64,000 nucleotides of DNA. Origin: a virus. Where the stretch lies: positions 17,721-81,720 of the IMG/VR virus record IMGVR_UViG_3300021356_000010; one strand, 5' to 3'. Below are positions 46,421 through 58,900 of this stretch, piece by piece. The notes under the pieces were generated by a model. The model ran no database searches and was not told the DNA's origin. It saw only the letters and a list, made by a program, of their open reading frames with translations. The position numbers were made by a program, and so were the translations under genes. Each line of letters begins with the position of its first letter. Within the stretch, counting starts at the first letter, position 1.

Positions 46421-47047
46421 TTAAGGAATCTGCAAATACCATCCAGTCAATATGTATTTATCTTGGGTAAAGACTGTGTTACCCTTATGGACGTGTGTCA
46501 TTCCAGCAGGCCAGATAATTACTGTTCCTTGAGTTGGTCTAATACGTCTTCTTTGATGTAAAAACTCAGTCTCTCCTTCTCCCTCAGGAACGTCATTCAA
46601 ATAAATTGCCCAAACTAGTTCTCTATTGCAATGATGATAGTTTTGACTCTCATAATGCCAGACATGATATCCACCCTCAGGTTCTGTCTTCTGCATTTTA
46701 ATGTCACTTGAGAATAGTTTCAGTGACTTGAGTTGAGAATACTTATCAATATAATGTAATGAACATGCCTGCAAGTATTGATTAATAGCAGTGGCAATTT
46801 CAACACTACAAGAATTCAATAGAAGAGATTTATCATCTCTTCCTAGTTTCTTTTGTGAGAATTGTTGCTGACCATCCATCATGACAATTGATGATGTGTT
46901 GGACAGTTCCTCAAATTGATTAATGATTTTCTCGCACAGATATCTTGGTACGAAATTTTCCCAAACGCCAATAAAATCGTCGAACTCAAACTTTGTGAGT
47001 TCTTCATTTTTCATCAATTCAAGAGGTTTAATCGGTTGTAATGCCAT
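46421..47047 (-). CDS. 2OG-Fe(II) oxygenase (prolyl-4-hydroxylase-like)
   Basis: QKTEPEGGYHVWHYE...IYLNDV...GETEFL.Q..RI.P..G...IWPA..TH.H.GN....DKYILTGW. Confidence 0.9.
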   Translation of the reverse strand: MALQPIKPLELMKNEELTKFEFDDFIGVWENFVPRYLCEKIINQFEELSNTSSIVMMDGQQQFSQKKLGRDDKSLLLNSCSVEIATAINQYLQACSLHYIDKYSQLKSLKLFSSDIKMQKTEPEGGYHVWHYESQNYHHCNRELVWAIYLNDVPEGEGETEFLHQRRRIRPTQGTVIIWPAGMTHVHKGNTVFTQDKYILTGWYLQIP

Positions 47048-47068
47048 TATATTATTTCCAATATAAAA

Positions 47069-47074
47069 TATTTA
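47069..47074 (-). promoter_or_regulatory. Putative late promoter for the oxygenase cluster
   Basis: CTAAATATTT at the fibre stop codon, about 22 nt upstream of the ATG at 47047. Confidence 0.45.
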
Positions 47075-50000
47075 GTATGCCTTAATTACGAACTTCGCTG
47101 CAAAGAATGGTTGGATTAGAGGAATAGTTCTGTTTGGTTTTAGTTTAACAGTTGGAATTAATGCCTTCGATGAATCTAGTTGGAAATTTCCAATATTAAT
47201 TCTACTACCCATTTCAGTATGATTGAATAATACTTCAGTGGTATTACCTCCACCCATGCCTGTAGTCTTTGTTCCAGCACCATTTGTGTTACCCCATCCA
47301 TACACTGTTGTTGGATCACCAAATGCAGTGTTAGAAATATAATGTGAGTGAGTCAAAGTTCCACCTTCTGGTGAATACAAAGCAACGTTTGCAGTAGATT
47401 CTAGAGTATCTAATGCTCCAAGCCATCTGTTGTCACTACCACCACTATTATCTAACTGCAAACTACTATCTGTTGGTGACGCCCACCAGTTTGTATATGA
47501 AATACTAAAGTTCCAGTCAGAGAAGTTGGATGATGGTGCATCAGGAACACCAGGCCAATCACTCAAGTTATTGTTATTAACTGTCTGGTTGTCACCATAT
47601 ACAGCTTGAGCATTCCAGAACAAGAGTCCAGTATTTACATCCAAACTAGTAGCACTGAGCATATCATGAGTATGAGCAGGAATATCAGTTAGAGTATCAA
47701 CTAGTGGTCCAACAAAAGTAGAGACATTTCCTTGGACATTAAAGTTAATACTACCAGATATACCATCATATCCAGTTGTTGTGACGTTACCGATGCTAAA
47801 GAATGCACCTGCAGTGCCTTGATCATCAGCATCACCATCATCTTCTACTTGTTCTAGTGGTAGTGGTCCGCCTGCATCCACAGTATCAATATACCAATCA
47901 CCACCAACAGAACCAACTGTTTCTCCAGAACCAGTTCCAGGTAATCCAGGAGGAGCAAATCGTGTAGGTGCAATAGGAGAAGCAGCAGAGTTTCCATCTA
48001 CATTGCCACTTCCAAACATTCTTCTATTTCTTGTGTCAGGAAGATTGAAGTTTCCAAAGTAAGTAACAGTTTGACCTGAGACAAACTTTGATCCATCACC
48101 ACCATATCTGTTTCCAATGACTTCCCATAGATCTGGATAATCAAGAACAGATAATTGCTGTCCTGCACATTCAATAAATCCAGGATATCTGGAATCTAAC
48201 TCACCATCTAACTGTCCCCAGTTACCTTGAGAATCTCTGAAAACACTAATAATAGTTCCAATTGCTAATCCATCCATTTTTGTTCTTGGAGTAGCATTAT
48301 ACCACGTTGATTTATCATTTCCTTCTGGAGATGATGCTAACGTTTCTACAGTCCATTCATCCGAAACTCCGCCAATATTAACTGTTATAGATGTTAATGG
48401 ACTTCCAAAAGCTCCTGTTTGTAGTCTTAAACTAATAGGATCTCCTGGTGTATATGAACCAGTATATGGAGCAGCTGTCCATGTAGTTCCATTATCAAAA
48501 CTTACCGCATGGAAGTTAGCTTGTTGTACATTAGTAGTAATAATTATTGAAGCAGATGCTGTGATACCAGCAGGCACAATAGTATTACTATAGATCATAG
48601 TATTTGCGAACTGATTGGTTCTATCATTAAATGTAAATTGATCAGGTACAGTATCTCCAGCAGTTCCTGTAATGACTCTCCATTCATCTGTGAAAGAACT
48701 ACCAGCTTGTCCAACTGTAACAAATGCAAGTTTGTTCTCATTTGGTTGAGAAGGAGAAGTTGTCCTAATTTGTAAATCTTGTGTATTTGCAACTTTAGTA
48801 GTAGCATCTGGTGTTACCCAAGCACCATCACCAATTTTAATTTCATAACTTGATGCGTCACCACCTTGCTCAGAAATACTAACCAAAGCAGGAGTGTTTA
48901 TACCAGTAATAGTTTGTACATTACTCTCAATTAATGTATTAACAGCAACATCTTCTGCATTGATAAAGTTGAAAGGATCTGGGTTATCATCGATAATCAA
49001 AATTGTCGTTACATCCCAATCTACAATAGATCCAGATCCAACAGTTACAAACGCTGAGCTAACAGTATTAACTGTAGATCCAGAAGACATTCTTATTTGT
49101 AATTCTTGACCATTTGATATAATGGCACTGCTTGCATTCTGATCAACTCCATCGAGAATGATTGATGCAAATTGGTTTGCCAATCCATTAATTGTTGCTG
49201 TTACACTGACCAAAGCATCTTCTGTAAGACCAGTGATTACAGCAACGTCACTAATAATATCTGTATCTAATGGTTGCTCATCAACATCAGTAAAATCAAA
49301 TGGGTTAGGAATTAACAGTGGAGGATCTTTAGTTATAATACTCCATTGTGCATCAACTGTTTCTCCTACATCACCCCAAGCTAGAGTTGCAGTTTTTACT
49401 GTTGTATATACATCAGGAGACTCCATAGTAAGTTCTAATATATCTCCATTAACAACAGTTGTTGAAGATCCTACATTAGTACCATTTTTTATGATCTCAG
49501 CACCATTGTTAGCAGTACATGGAACCTCAATATTAATTCCACTAACTGTAACAGAATCAAGTGTTGTATATTGTGTAAGAATATTGGCACCACTAATAGT
49601 TTCAAAATTTACTACTGGATTTGGATTACCATCTTCACTATCATATGTGATTGTTATGGATCCACTTTCACCTGCAGCAGATTGACCTCCACCAGTACCA
49701 ATACTAGAAGTAGCAATATTTGGCACAAGTAATCCTACAATAGGATCAGTGTGATATGAAGCGTTATAGTAACTTCCTCCACCACTACCACCACCAGCAT
49801 TCTGGTCATTAGATGGCGTAGCTCCAGCACCACCACCAGGGGTGCCACCGCCACCGCCACCGCCCGCAGGACCATCTAGAATTGCAGTTCTTGTGATGTC
49901 GAAACTATTACAGTGGTCTCCATTAGGAGCAGTACATACTCCACAAGTATCGTTACTACACCAACCATAAGGACTTCCACCTCTTTTCTGTCCAGGAGTC

Positions 50001-50761
50001 CATTTATATCCGTCTTTAATGATTTGATTAGCAGATTCATTGGAAGGAGTGTCGTAATAAATTGTTGTTCCATTCCACAAGATAACCAATTTTCTAATAG
50101 CAGTAGTTGGATCAGTTTGAGGAGCACCAGATCTTGTATGCCAACCATTATTAACATTTAAACAAAGAGGATTCTGATTCAACCCACCAGTAGCTGTTCT
50201 GGTTTGACTACCACCAGTACCACCAGCAAAGTTTGATGCGTTACTGCCATTTTGTAAATTCGCAGTACCAGAAAATGTCTGAGAAGCATCACCTCCATTT
50301 TTATTATACTGCACAGCACCCTGAGTACCAGCACCACCAGCACCGCCGCCACCACCAGCAACTACAATGTATTGAGCAGCAGTAGCATCATAAACATAGG
50401 AAGCAGCGCCGCCGCCGCCTCCACCACCAGAAGCAGCAGAGTCTCCAGCATCACCACCGTTTCCACCTTTACCAGCGGTACTTCCGTTAGTTCCTCCGTT
50501 GCCGCCATCAGCACCAACTAAGTTACTGACACCACCGCCTCCTCCACCACCAACATAAATGGTGAGAACATTACCAGCAGTCACATACATTGATCCATTG
50601 ATTCTGGCACCATCACCACCAGTTCCACCTGCAGATCCAACATCACTGCCCGATCCACCGCCACCAGCTCCGTGAATCTCGTAATCGAGATATTGAACTG
50701 TAGCAGGAACTGTAAAACTATAAGAACCTGGGGTATTAAATGTCTCTGTAATCGCTGCCAT
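47072..50761 (-). CDS. Tail fibre (1229 aa): Gly-rich domain, about four Ig-like PxPFxFxD repeats, collar domain, HxH tip motifs
   Basis: GAGGGG runs; GFIECAGQ.LS..DYPDLWEVIGNRYGG...FNLPD collar motif; PAHTH and THSH. Confidence 0.85.
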   Translation of the reverse strand: MAAITETFNTPGSYSFTVPATVQYLDYEIHGAGGGGSGSDVGSAGGTGGDGARINGSMYVTAGNVLTIYVGGGGGGGVSNLVGADGGNGGTNGSTAGKGGNGGDAGDSAASGGGGGGGAASYVYDATAAQYIVVAGGGGGAGGAGTQGAVQYNKNGGDASQTFSGTANLQNGSNASNFAGGTGGSQTRTATGGLNQNPLCLNVNNGWHTRSGAPQTDPTTAIRKLVILWNGTTIYYDTPSNESANQIIKDGYKWTPGQKRGGSPYGWCSNDTCGVCTAPNGDHCNSFDITRTAILDGPAGGGGGGGTPGGGAGATPSNDQNAGGGSGGGSYYNASYHTDPIVGLLVPNIATSSIGTGGGQSAAGESGSITITYDSEDGNPNPVVNFETISGANILTQYTTLDSVTVSGINIEVPCTANNGAEIIKNGTNVGSSTTVVNGDILELTMESPDVYTTVKTATLAWGDVGETVDAQWSIITKDPPLLIPNPFDFTDVDEQPLDTDIISDVAVITGLTEDALVSVTATINGLANQFASIILDGVDQNASSAIISNGQELQIRMSSGSTVNTVSSAFVTVGSGSIVDWDVTTILIIDDNPDPFNFINAEDVAVNTLIESNVQTITGINTPALVSISEQGGDASSYEIKIGDGAWVTPDATTKVANTQDLQIRTTSPSQPNENKLAFVTVGQAGSSFTDEWRVITGTAGDTVPDQFTFNDRTNQFANTMIYSNTIVPAGITASASIIITTNVQQANFHAVSFDNGTTWTAAPYTGSYTPGDPISLRLQTGAFGSPLTSITVNIGGVSDEWTVETLASSPEGNDKSTWYNATPRTKMDGLAIGTIISVFRDSQGNWGQLDGELDSRYPGFIECAGQQLSVLDYPDLWEVIGNRYGGDGSKFVSGQTVTYFGNFNLPDTRNRRMFGSGNVDGNSAASPIAPTRFAPPGLPGTGSGETVGSVGGDWYIDTVDAGGPLPLEQVEDDGDADDQGTAGAFFSIGNVTTTGYDGISGSINFNVQGNVSTFVGPLVDTLTDIPAHTHDMLSATSLDVNTGLLFWNAQAVYGDNQTVNNNNLSDWPGVPDAPSSNFSDWNFSISYTNWWASPTDSSLQLDNSGGSDNRWLGALDTLESTANVALYSPEGGTLTHSHYISNTAFGDPTTVYGWGNTNGAGTKTTGMGGGNTTEVLFNHTEMGSRINIGNFQLDSSKALIPTVKLKPNRTIPLIQPFFAAKFVIKAY

Positions 50762-50765
50762 GGTT

Positions 50766-51644
50766 TTATATTTTAATTATGTATTCGACAATCATGAAAG
50801 GAGCTACTGTAGTATCAAAAGTAACTGGATCTTTTACATCTATAGTTATCTCTGTTCTGATATTACTTGCTGGAATTTGTGTTGTTGGATAAGTAAATTG
50901 CATGTTAGAGCTATAGTCTAACGGAGATGTTGGAACTTGAACTCTATGATCATGCGAAGCACCTGTTACAGTTGTGTCATCTGGAGCAGAAATTCTGTAA
51001 AGTAAATTGCCAGCAAATGGACGACAATTGTTGCCACTATAAGACTCAGCAGCATCGGTTGGACCAATTCCAGGAGAGACAACATAATTACCAGTACAGT
51101 TAAGGACAGCCTGATTACCTGTATGTCCATGTCCCTGATAGTGCTGATCTGTAATGATAGCAGTTGGTGTATTTTCAGGTCCCGTAAATAAAGGAAATCC
51201 TTCTAGATCATCAGTAAAAGTATCAATTGTAAAATTTCCAGAATAAGAAATATTTTGAGTTGTTCCTATATTTGATCTAACATCAAATTCAGCACCAATT
51301 CTTGGTGTTACACCATCAGATAAAACTTGAGAAAGATATGTTCCAGTAGCAGCTCCAGGTACAAGATATTTTGCACCGATGTCTGGTAACTGAAACTCAT
51401 CATCTGCCATCTCTTCAGGTATTTTAGCAAATTTAGAGTCAGATCCCACCCCAAGAACTTCTGCCAATGCTGGATATAAATCTTGTTTCAAGATAGATCC
51501 ATCACATCTTAAAAATCCTGCAGGCAATTTTGTTCTAAAATCTCCAAGATCTGGAAGATTTGCAGTAGGTAAATCCGTGGTAAATACTTGGATACTTCCA
51601 ACTACGCCACCGTATTTTGCTTTTTGTACCGCGTAATTTGCCAT
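50766..51644 (-). CDS. Tail-collar domain fibre protein (292 aa)
   Basis: PAGFLRCDGS.L....YPALAEVLG...FQLPD; GHGH and SHDH; C-terminal PFMIVEYIIK. Confidence 0.85.
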   Translation of the reverse strand: MANYAVQKAKYGGVVGSIQVFTTDLPTANLPDLGDFRTKLPAGFLRCDGSILKQDLYPALAEVLGVGSDSKFAKIPEEMADDEFQLPDIGAKYLVPGAATGTYLSQVLSDGVTPRIGAEFDVRSNIGTTQNISYSGNFTIDTFTDDLEGFPLFTGPENTPTAIITDQHYQGHGHTGNQAVLNCTGNYVVSPGIGPTDAAESYSGNNCRPFAGNLLYRISAPDDTTVTGASHDHRVQVPTSPLDYSSNMQFTYPTTQIPASNIRTEITIDVKDPVTFDTTVAPFMIVEYIIKI

Positions 51645-52933
51645 TAATATGCCCTAATAATGTACAAAACAACCAGTTTTGGTGTAGGTATAGTAGTAGT
51701 AATATTTAGTGCTCCTGGTAGGTTATTTGGCGTCACATTAGAAGTTACATTTGTAGCAAGGTTTGAAGGAACTCTTAGTGTAGAGTCGTTATCACTATAC
51801 TCAATTTGAAACGTTTGGTGGTCATGTGATTCAATTCTCTGAGATGGTTGTCCAACAGGAGGATTATTTACCACATTGAAGTCAATACCAGAATGATTAA
51901 AGAAAACCTCTAATGGTTTATGCTCTCCATTACTTCCAGAACCATCTCCATGGTTAAAAGAACCAGGATCCCAGTTTCTGTGAGTTGTATCAATAGGATC
52001 TCCACCTAAACCATATGGTGCCTGATCAACTGGATTGAATACTCTATTATGTGCTGCAAAGTTTGGTTCTCTAAGTGGGTCTGGAATATCAGGTGCATCC
52101 AAACGACCAATCCAGTTAGAAATACCGTGAGAATATACTTCTTTTGGTTTTAAGTTAGTTGGTGGAACTTCTGATTGAACATTACCAAGAACAACTCCAG
52201 GACTTCCATTTCCTAATGCACTACCACTTGGTTCCTCAAAACCACTAACTTGAATCTGAGTTTCAAATATACCAAGAAAATCGTCAAATCCTGCTTTGAA
52301 GAAATCATAACCAAATTCTCTAGAGCAAGAAACTCCAGATCCAGGTTTAGTGCTATTGATACCTGCGATACTTGGAACACTAGTTGGGTGAGTATGAATT
52401 GGCATATGCCTTCTACCCAATTTCCTAGCGCCCGTATATAATGTTCTAACTCCTACACCAGGATCAAATTCTTGCCCTTCAATTCTTCCACTAAAATCAC
52501 TTTCTGGATCATAAGTGAATAGAATATCTGTATTTGCATCAGATATTCTGTTTGGAGCTCCATTATCAGTATTAGCACCAATATATTGTCCTACGACTGC
52601 TGCTGCTTCTGCAGTATCAATCGCAGCTTCAATAGCATTAGCGCCAAAATAATCTGTTTGAATATCAGAAAGAGATTTTTGCGAGATGTCAGGCAAAAAG
52701 AATTGGTGAGTTGGATTGTTTATGTTCCATGGAAAATCAAGAACACTAAATCCAGGACTAGCACCATATGTTTCACCAATTGCTTGTGCTAACAATGGGT
52801 AATCTCTAGCAGAGACTCCTGCTCCATCACAAATAATCCAACCCTTAGGTATCTCAGACAAGGCTCCCGTCCATGGCATGATAGTGCCAATGGCGGCAGC
52901 CTTCATCGTTTTTATTGCGCCGTAGTTTGCCAT
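51644..52933 (-). CDS. Tail-collar domain fibre protein (429 aa)
   Basis: IGTIMPW.G....IPKGWIICDG......YPLLAQAIG.TYG...F.LPD; PIHTH and SHDH; C-terminal LYIIRAY. Confidence 0.9.
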   Translation of the reverse strand: MANYGAIKTMKAAAIGTIMPWTGALSEIPKGWIICDGAGVSARDYPLLAQAIGETYGASPGFSVLDFPWNINNPTHQFFLPDISQKSLSDIQTDYFGANAIEAAIDTAEAAAVVGQYIGANTDNGAPNRISDANTDILFTYDPESDFSGRIEGQEFDPGVGVRTLYTGARKLGRRHMPIHTHPTSVPSIAGINSTKPGSGVSCSREFGYDFFKAGFDDFLGIFETQIQVSGFEEPSGSALGNGSPGVVLGNVQSEVPPTNLKPKEVYSHGISNWIGRLDAPDIPDPLREPNFAAHNRVFNPVDQAPYGLGGDPIDTTHRNWDPGSFNHGDGSGSNGEHKPLEVFFNHSGIDFNVVNNPPVGQPSQRIESHDHQTFQIEYSDNDSTLRVPSNLATNVTSNVTPNNLPGALNITTTIPTPKLVVLYIIRAY

Positions 52934-55900
52934 TTAGATTTCCATCAACCACCAACCAACAGCGGTGCTTGGTACGTTACTAGCACCACCATCATTATTT
53001 ATTGGTCCCGCATAAACTAGACCGAACGCGGCATTTGGAGTTGTGACAACCAATTCACCACCATTATGCTGTGATAGATCAACACCAGTTACATCAGCAG
53101 CGATGTTAGTAGCATCACCCTGAATTGGTGTGCCAGTGCTAGCACGAATGATCAACTTAAGATCATACTTGAGGTTACCACCAAGGTCAATAATTCTAAC
53201 CATATCACCATTTGATGGATTAGCGGGTAACTTAACATATAGATCTCCAGTTGCATTGGTGAAGTAGTTAATGTTAGGAGTAATTACTCCAGCATCACCA
53301 CCAGCAATTGTAATATAATCCCATCTTCTTGCTCCAGTTGGACCATAGAAGTATTCGATACCACCAAGATCAACAGTTCCGTTATCTTGAACCTTAAAGA
53401 TCTTAGTACCATTACTATTGACGGTTAGATTTCCACCGTTAAGAACTAGATCACCAGCAAATGTATTTTCTCCTAAACCATTTGAGAAGTATTCACCAGC
53501 AATTTCAAGTTTTCCTAGGTTGTTAGAGAAGTGGAGTCTGTTATTGGTATCAGCAGCATCTCTGATTATAAAGTTTCCACCCTTGATAGTGGTGTTTCCA
53601 GTATCATCTTCAACCAAGAACTTATCAAATCCAGCACCAACACTAAGGTCACCAAGGATTCTAGTATTGCCTTGGGCACTATCTACATCAAATACAACCG
53701 TAGGAACAGTATCGCCGTCCGTGATGATTAGTTTTTGATCACCAGGAGCAGTAGATCCATGAATAGTTGTAGTATCGAAGATGTCACAGGTTCCTCTGAT
53801 AAATGTATTACCAGTTGTCGATTCAACTTGGAATGTTACAACTGCTGGATCGCCACCATCATTAATGGTGAATTTCTGAGTAGATGTTAGAGAAGTGATT
53901 AGAGATTCAATCTTCAAGAATTCATTATCATTGATTCTGATATAATCACCTGTTCTCAGAGATCCACCAAATTCCGCAGTTTCTAGTTGAGTATCAACGT
54001 TAGTAAGTTCTTCTTTAGAGTAACTTACATTTTCACTCTTCTCAATTCTAAAGATTGGTGTATTATCAGCATGAACTCCTGCTGTGGTGCCATCAACACC
54101 TCTTTCAACCTTAACACGAATACCTTCAGGATCGGTTACATCACTCAAGTTAGTAAGTTCAATGACTCTAACCAATTCAGATGCTGTTTCTTGTGCATCT
54201 GTTCCGCTAGCAATTAGCAGGTAATCACCTAGAAGAATTTGTCCAACTGAATTAGAACTCAATCTAACAAATTCTTCAGATGCTGGCATGTTAGCAACAC
54301 CTTGAGTATCAAGAGTCTTTCCACCAATATCAATCTTCTTATAAAGATCTAGGTTGAAATTATCTGGTAATCCACCTGCAGGTTGTCCTGCAACAGGAGT
54401 TCCAAAGACACCCCTAACAATATTGACGCCACCAGCATTCAATCCACCGTTCTGTTGGATATCTCCATCAAAGTCTGCTCTTGCTTTTACATACAACGCA
54501 TTATTAATTGTGGTTGTTCCACCAACACCACCAATGTCGAGAGTAGAAGCAGTTGTAGCAAGTCTGACAGTAGAAGGTCCTCCACTAGCGGTTAAGAATT
54601 CAAATCTAGAATTCAAGGAGAACAATCTTCCAGTTCCAGAACCAGCAGTATATCCAGAACCAACCTCAACATCACCATCTAGTGAGATGTTCTTGTTCTG
54701 AATGGTGAGTTGAGAACTAGAACTTGAGAATGCTCCACCAATAGTAATAGTAGAACTATAACTATCATCTAGATTGGAGACTGTTCCGATATCAATCGTA
54801 GAATCTTGTGAGTTTCTATGAATGTTCAGAGTTGTAACTTCAGATTGATCACCAAATGTTAGAGTTTGAGTTTGTGCATAGTTGCCAAAATCGAAACTCA
54901 TTGTCTCGGTATTGGTCGATTCATTAGCAAACTGGATGTTGCTTGCATTCATGATGAACCTGACTGTCTCAGGTGTTTCCATCATGTCAAGTGTTCCGCT
55001 GGTGGTATCAAAATCACCAACGAAGATTTCTAATCCACCGTTAATCTGAAGATTACCAGTGATGTTAGTAGATCCAATAATAACATGATCTGTTCCGATT
55101 GAATTTAACTGACCAAGAGTAGCATTAACACTCATTCTACCCTGACCAATTGGTCCAGGAGTTGTAGAAATACGGAATGCTGCGATATCCTCTGGACTTT
55201 CGCTATCTCCACCAACCAACAATGCATGGTCTTGATTGGTAAGAGTTCTAAACTGTAGTCCTTCTTTTAAGAAGTTGAGAACCTTCTTACCACTGATGAA
55301 TGTGTTACCAACAACATCGAAGTTTGCACGAGGTTCAGTGAATAGAGGATCAGTCCAAGCAGTCTTAGCAGACTCCCATGGAGTTCTTGCGATGGTATTA
55401 ACACCAACCTTAAAGTCTCCCCAATATTCAGTCTCAGTTCTGATTGCTTCTGCACCAATAACTCCAAGTTCCTTCCAATTAGAATTAGAGAATTCAACTG
55501 TTGGAGCATCACCAGTTGCATTAGAAACTACGGTATCCCAAACTAGAGTTTGAGCACCAACAGCATCAATTGCTTGGAAATGTAGATAGTTATTATTTCC
55601 ACTGAACGCATCTCCAGGAGGAGAATAAATCGTCCAGGTTAGGTTGATTGATGGTTCTGGATAGAAGTTCTTAAATCTGATTTGAGAAGCAGAAGTAATT
55701 CCTAGTTCAGAACATGTAATATCTAATCCACTAGTAAAATCAACAAATGTAATCTTGACGACATTTGTGTCATCAAAGATGATGTTACCAATGCTAGTAT
55801 TTGCAATGTTGGTGAAGTAGTTAGATAGAATCCATCCCATGGATCCTGTGCTTCCAACCTCAGAACCCTTGAACAGAACATCTCCAGATCTTGGAATAAC

Positions 55901-58900
55901 GCCATTGTAATTAACGAGCTGTTCAGGGAAGACTCTAGATCCTTCAATAGGAGCATTAGGATCTGCAGGAACCTCTGGAGATTGGTTTGGTGATAGGTTT
56001 GATGGAACACCTCCAATAGTATGAGTCAAGAACTTATATTCTTGTCCCTGTCCTCTAGAGTTGAATCCGAAGATCGCAGATTGAATTCTGTTCTTACCAA
56101 TTCTGATATCACCTCTGCTAGGATCAGGCAACCATCCAGTTCTATCAAGACTCTCATCTTGCTGCTCGAAGGTTACAGGATCAATAGAAGAAACATAAGA
56201 ACGAATGATTAAGGAATGACGTTCCTGAGACAGATCTTCGTCCTGTACAGCAATAAGAATAGGAGACTCAAATGTATTGACAAGTTGTCCATCACCACCA
56301 ACAACCGTAATGTTCTGGTTGAACGTTACAGGTGTATCGAAGGTGGTAACGAGACCGCCTACTACATCCTCATCATCGCCATCATCTTCTAGGATTGCAG
56401 CATCGATGAATGTCTCTTCACCAGTGATAGCATTGATTCTTCTGTTACCAATATACAGGTCACCCTGAGAGTTGATACCAGTGTAGAAGACGATACCAGC
56501 GTCTTGTTTCTTACTTTGTGCGTAGAAGTCCTCTTCGGGTGTTAGGACGATCTCCTGACGTGCTGGGAGACCTGTGGAGTAGTTACCAGGACCGAAACCA
56601 AGATATTCAAACGTATGGTTACCAGCACGAGCGATAGATGGTCTTCTAAGTTCAACGTAGTAACGCTGATCTGACATGACCGTGCTATCACCAGAAATAG
56701 GAATACGACGGTCTTCTGAACCAGAAGTTGCGTTGCCCTCTTGTGCTCTGACTCTGTTATCAATTACATTTCCATTACCATCAGAGGTTGTATTGGTGTA
56801 TTCATTATTAATAAACGCTGGTTGATCAAATAGATCCTCAACCAATTCCTTGGTTACAGAGTTCTTGTAGTCATTAGTTGTAACTAAACCATGAATGTAG
56901 TTATCAGCAGCAGAGAATGTTGATGGTGGGTCAATTAGCAACTCATAGTATGCTTTTTCCTTGTTAGAAGTACCATTCTTCTTAAACCAAAGAGGATCGT
57001 TCTTGTAGTTTAGTGGATACAGTCTGCTAACTGGTTGTGAGAACTTAAACTTCTTAAAGTTCTCAGCAACACCAGCACCTGTTGGGAATGGTGAAACATT
57101 GCCACGGAGTGCAGTTAGATAGTAGATACCATCTTGCTGACCAGCAATTCTGCGCTGTAGTGTCTCATAACCAAAGATGTAGAAGGTATCTTCAATAACA
57201 CCTGCATCTTCGACACTATCAACGTAGTATTCAACACCTGCGCTATCTTGAATACGATCACCAGGAGTGATGGTATAAACGTTAGCGCCGTTTTGCTTGT
57301 AATAATACTCAGGATAATTTTTTCTGATTAGTGTTTTCAGAGGTAGCGATTTGCCCATATCCTGGTCTTCCAGCATATCAGCAAAGACAGCACCCTGAGT
57401 AAATCTAGTATCATAATACTCACTATACTCAAGTTTGCCACCACGGATGTTCTTGATGATTAGATAGTGATCACCACCAACACTGTAGTATGCATGAATA
57501 TTAGCGAGACCAGAAGAATTACCAGTGAAAGCAACTTCGTTCGCAGGAACACTTTGTGTCTTACTTACAGTGAAATCTCCGCCCTGAGGTGCAGTAATCT
57601 TAACTGTAGTAAATACTTCGTTTCTTAGACCAGGGAAGTTGATCGCATCAACAGCATGGTCGAAGACTGTCAGTTCTAGATACTTGATTGTAGGATCAAG
57701 AGTATCCTCAACATATCTACCACTTTGGATAGAAGCTTGAATACCAGAAGCAAACTTAGCATACTGGATGTAGTTGATACCAGATCCAGTTAAATCCTTC
57801 TTATAAGGATCATATGCAGCATCTAGGTTTAGATTGTTATCAGCAAAGTCCTGTCTGGTATAACCAATGTATTCATCTGCCTGAACTGGGTTGCTAAAGC
57901 GAGCACCATAGACAGATCCAGTTACAGGTTTGAGTAGGAGTTTTTGAGGAACAAGTTTTCTGGTGTCGTCAGTTCTTGTCTTAAGAACGAAACCATTGAT
58001 AGGATCTCTAGCATTCTCAAGATACTTAGGAATGACATATCTGATCTTGTAGGTTCTCTCATCCTTGTCACGGTCATCCTTAACACGCTCGAACCACATG
58101 TCTGTGGTCTTAGGTCTATCAGCATAATCACTCTGATGAATTCTCCAGAAGATATTTGATTGCTTGACAGAATCTGGTTGAGAGGAAACTTCATCCTTAC
58201 ACTGGATGAACCACTTACCAGAATCAGTTGCAGTATCAGTAAAACCAGGATCAAATCTTACAGGACTTCTTCTCTTGTTAGCATATACTTCAAACTCAAT
58301 AGAAGTCTGACCAGATCCAAACTGAATTGGATTTACATTATTGATAGCATCCGCATGTGTTTTGTGTATGGTGAATACTTTGTTGTTTTGATAACGAGCA
58401 AAGAACTCTTTGACTGGATTAATTTTTCCTAGATTTGCATCATTTGGATCAGTTACAGCAACGTCAGAATCATTCTCGAACGTTGTAGAAACTGCTGGTA
58501 GAGTGCCACCAGTAACAGCTCTGAAGAATACCTTTTGAGGAGTTACAGAAGCAAATGGTACATCGAAGATGTTAGAGACATCAGTCTCAATACCAGCATT
58601 TACAGTATTGGTTAGGTTACAACCATACTTGTGTAGATCATAAGAATCATCAGTTAGGAACTGATAGATATCAATTTCAACGTTTGGATCAATACCTTCG
58701 GTCTCAGAAGCATAGATGTAGATACCTGCTGCAGCATTCTCTTTAGAAGTTGCAAGCATCAACTTAGTTTGATCACTACCATTGAAGAATGTAGTGTTGC
58801 TATAATCTTCTGGTTGTGTTCTTCTGCCAGGAGCAATTACATAGTATGTTCTATTGGTCTCGAAACCATTTGGTAGTCTGATGAGACGCTTATCAACATC

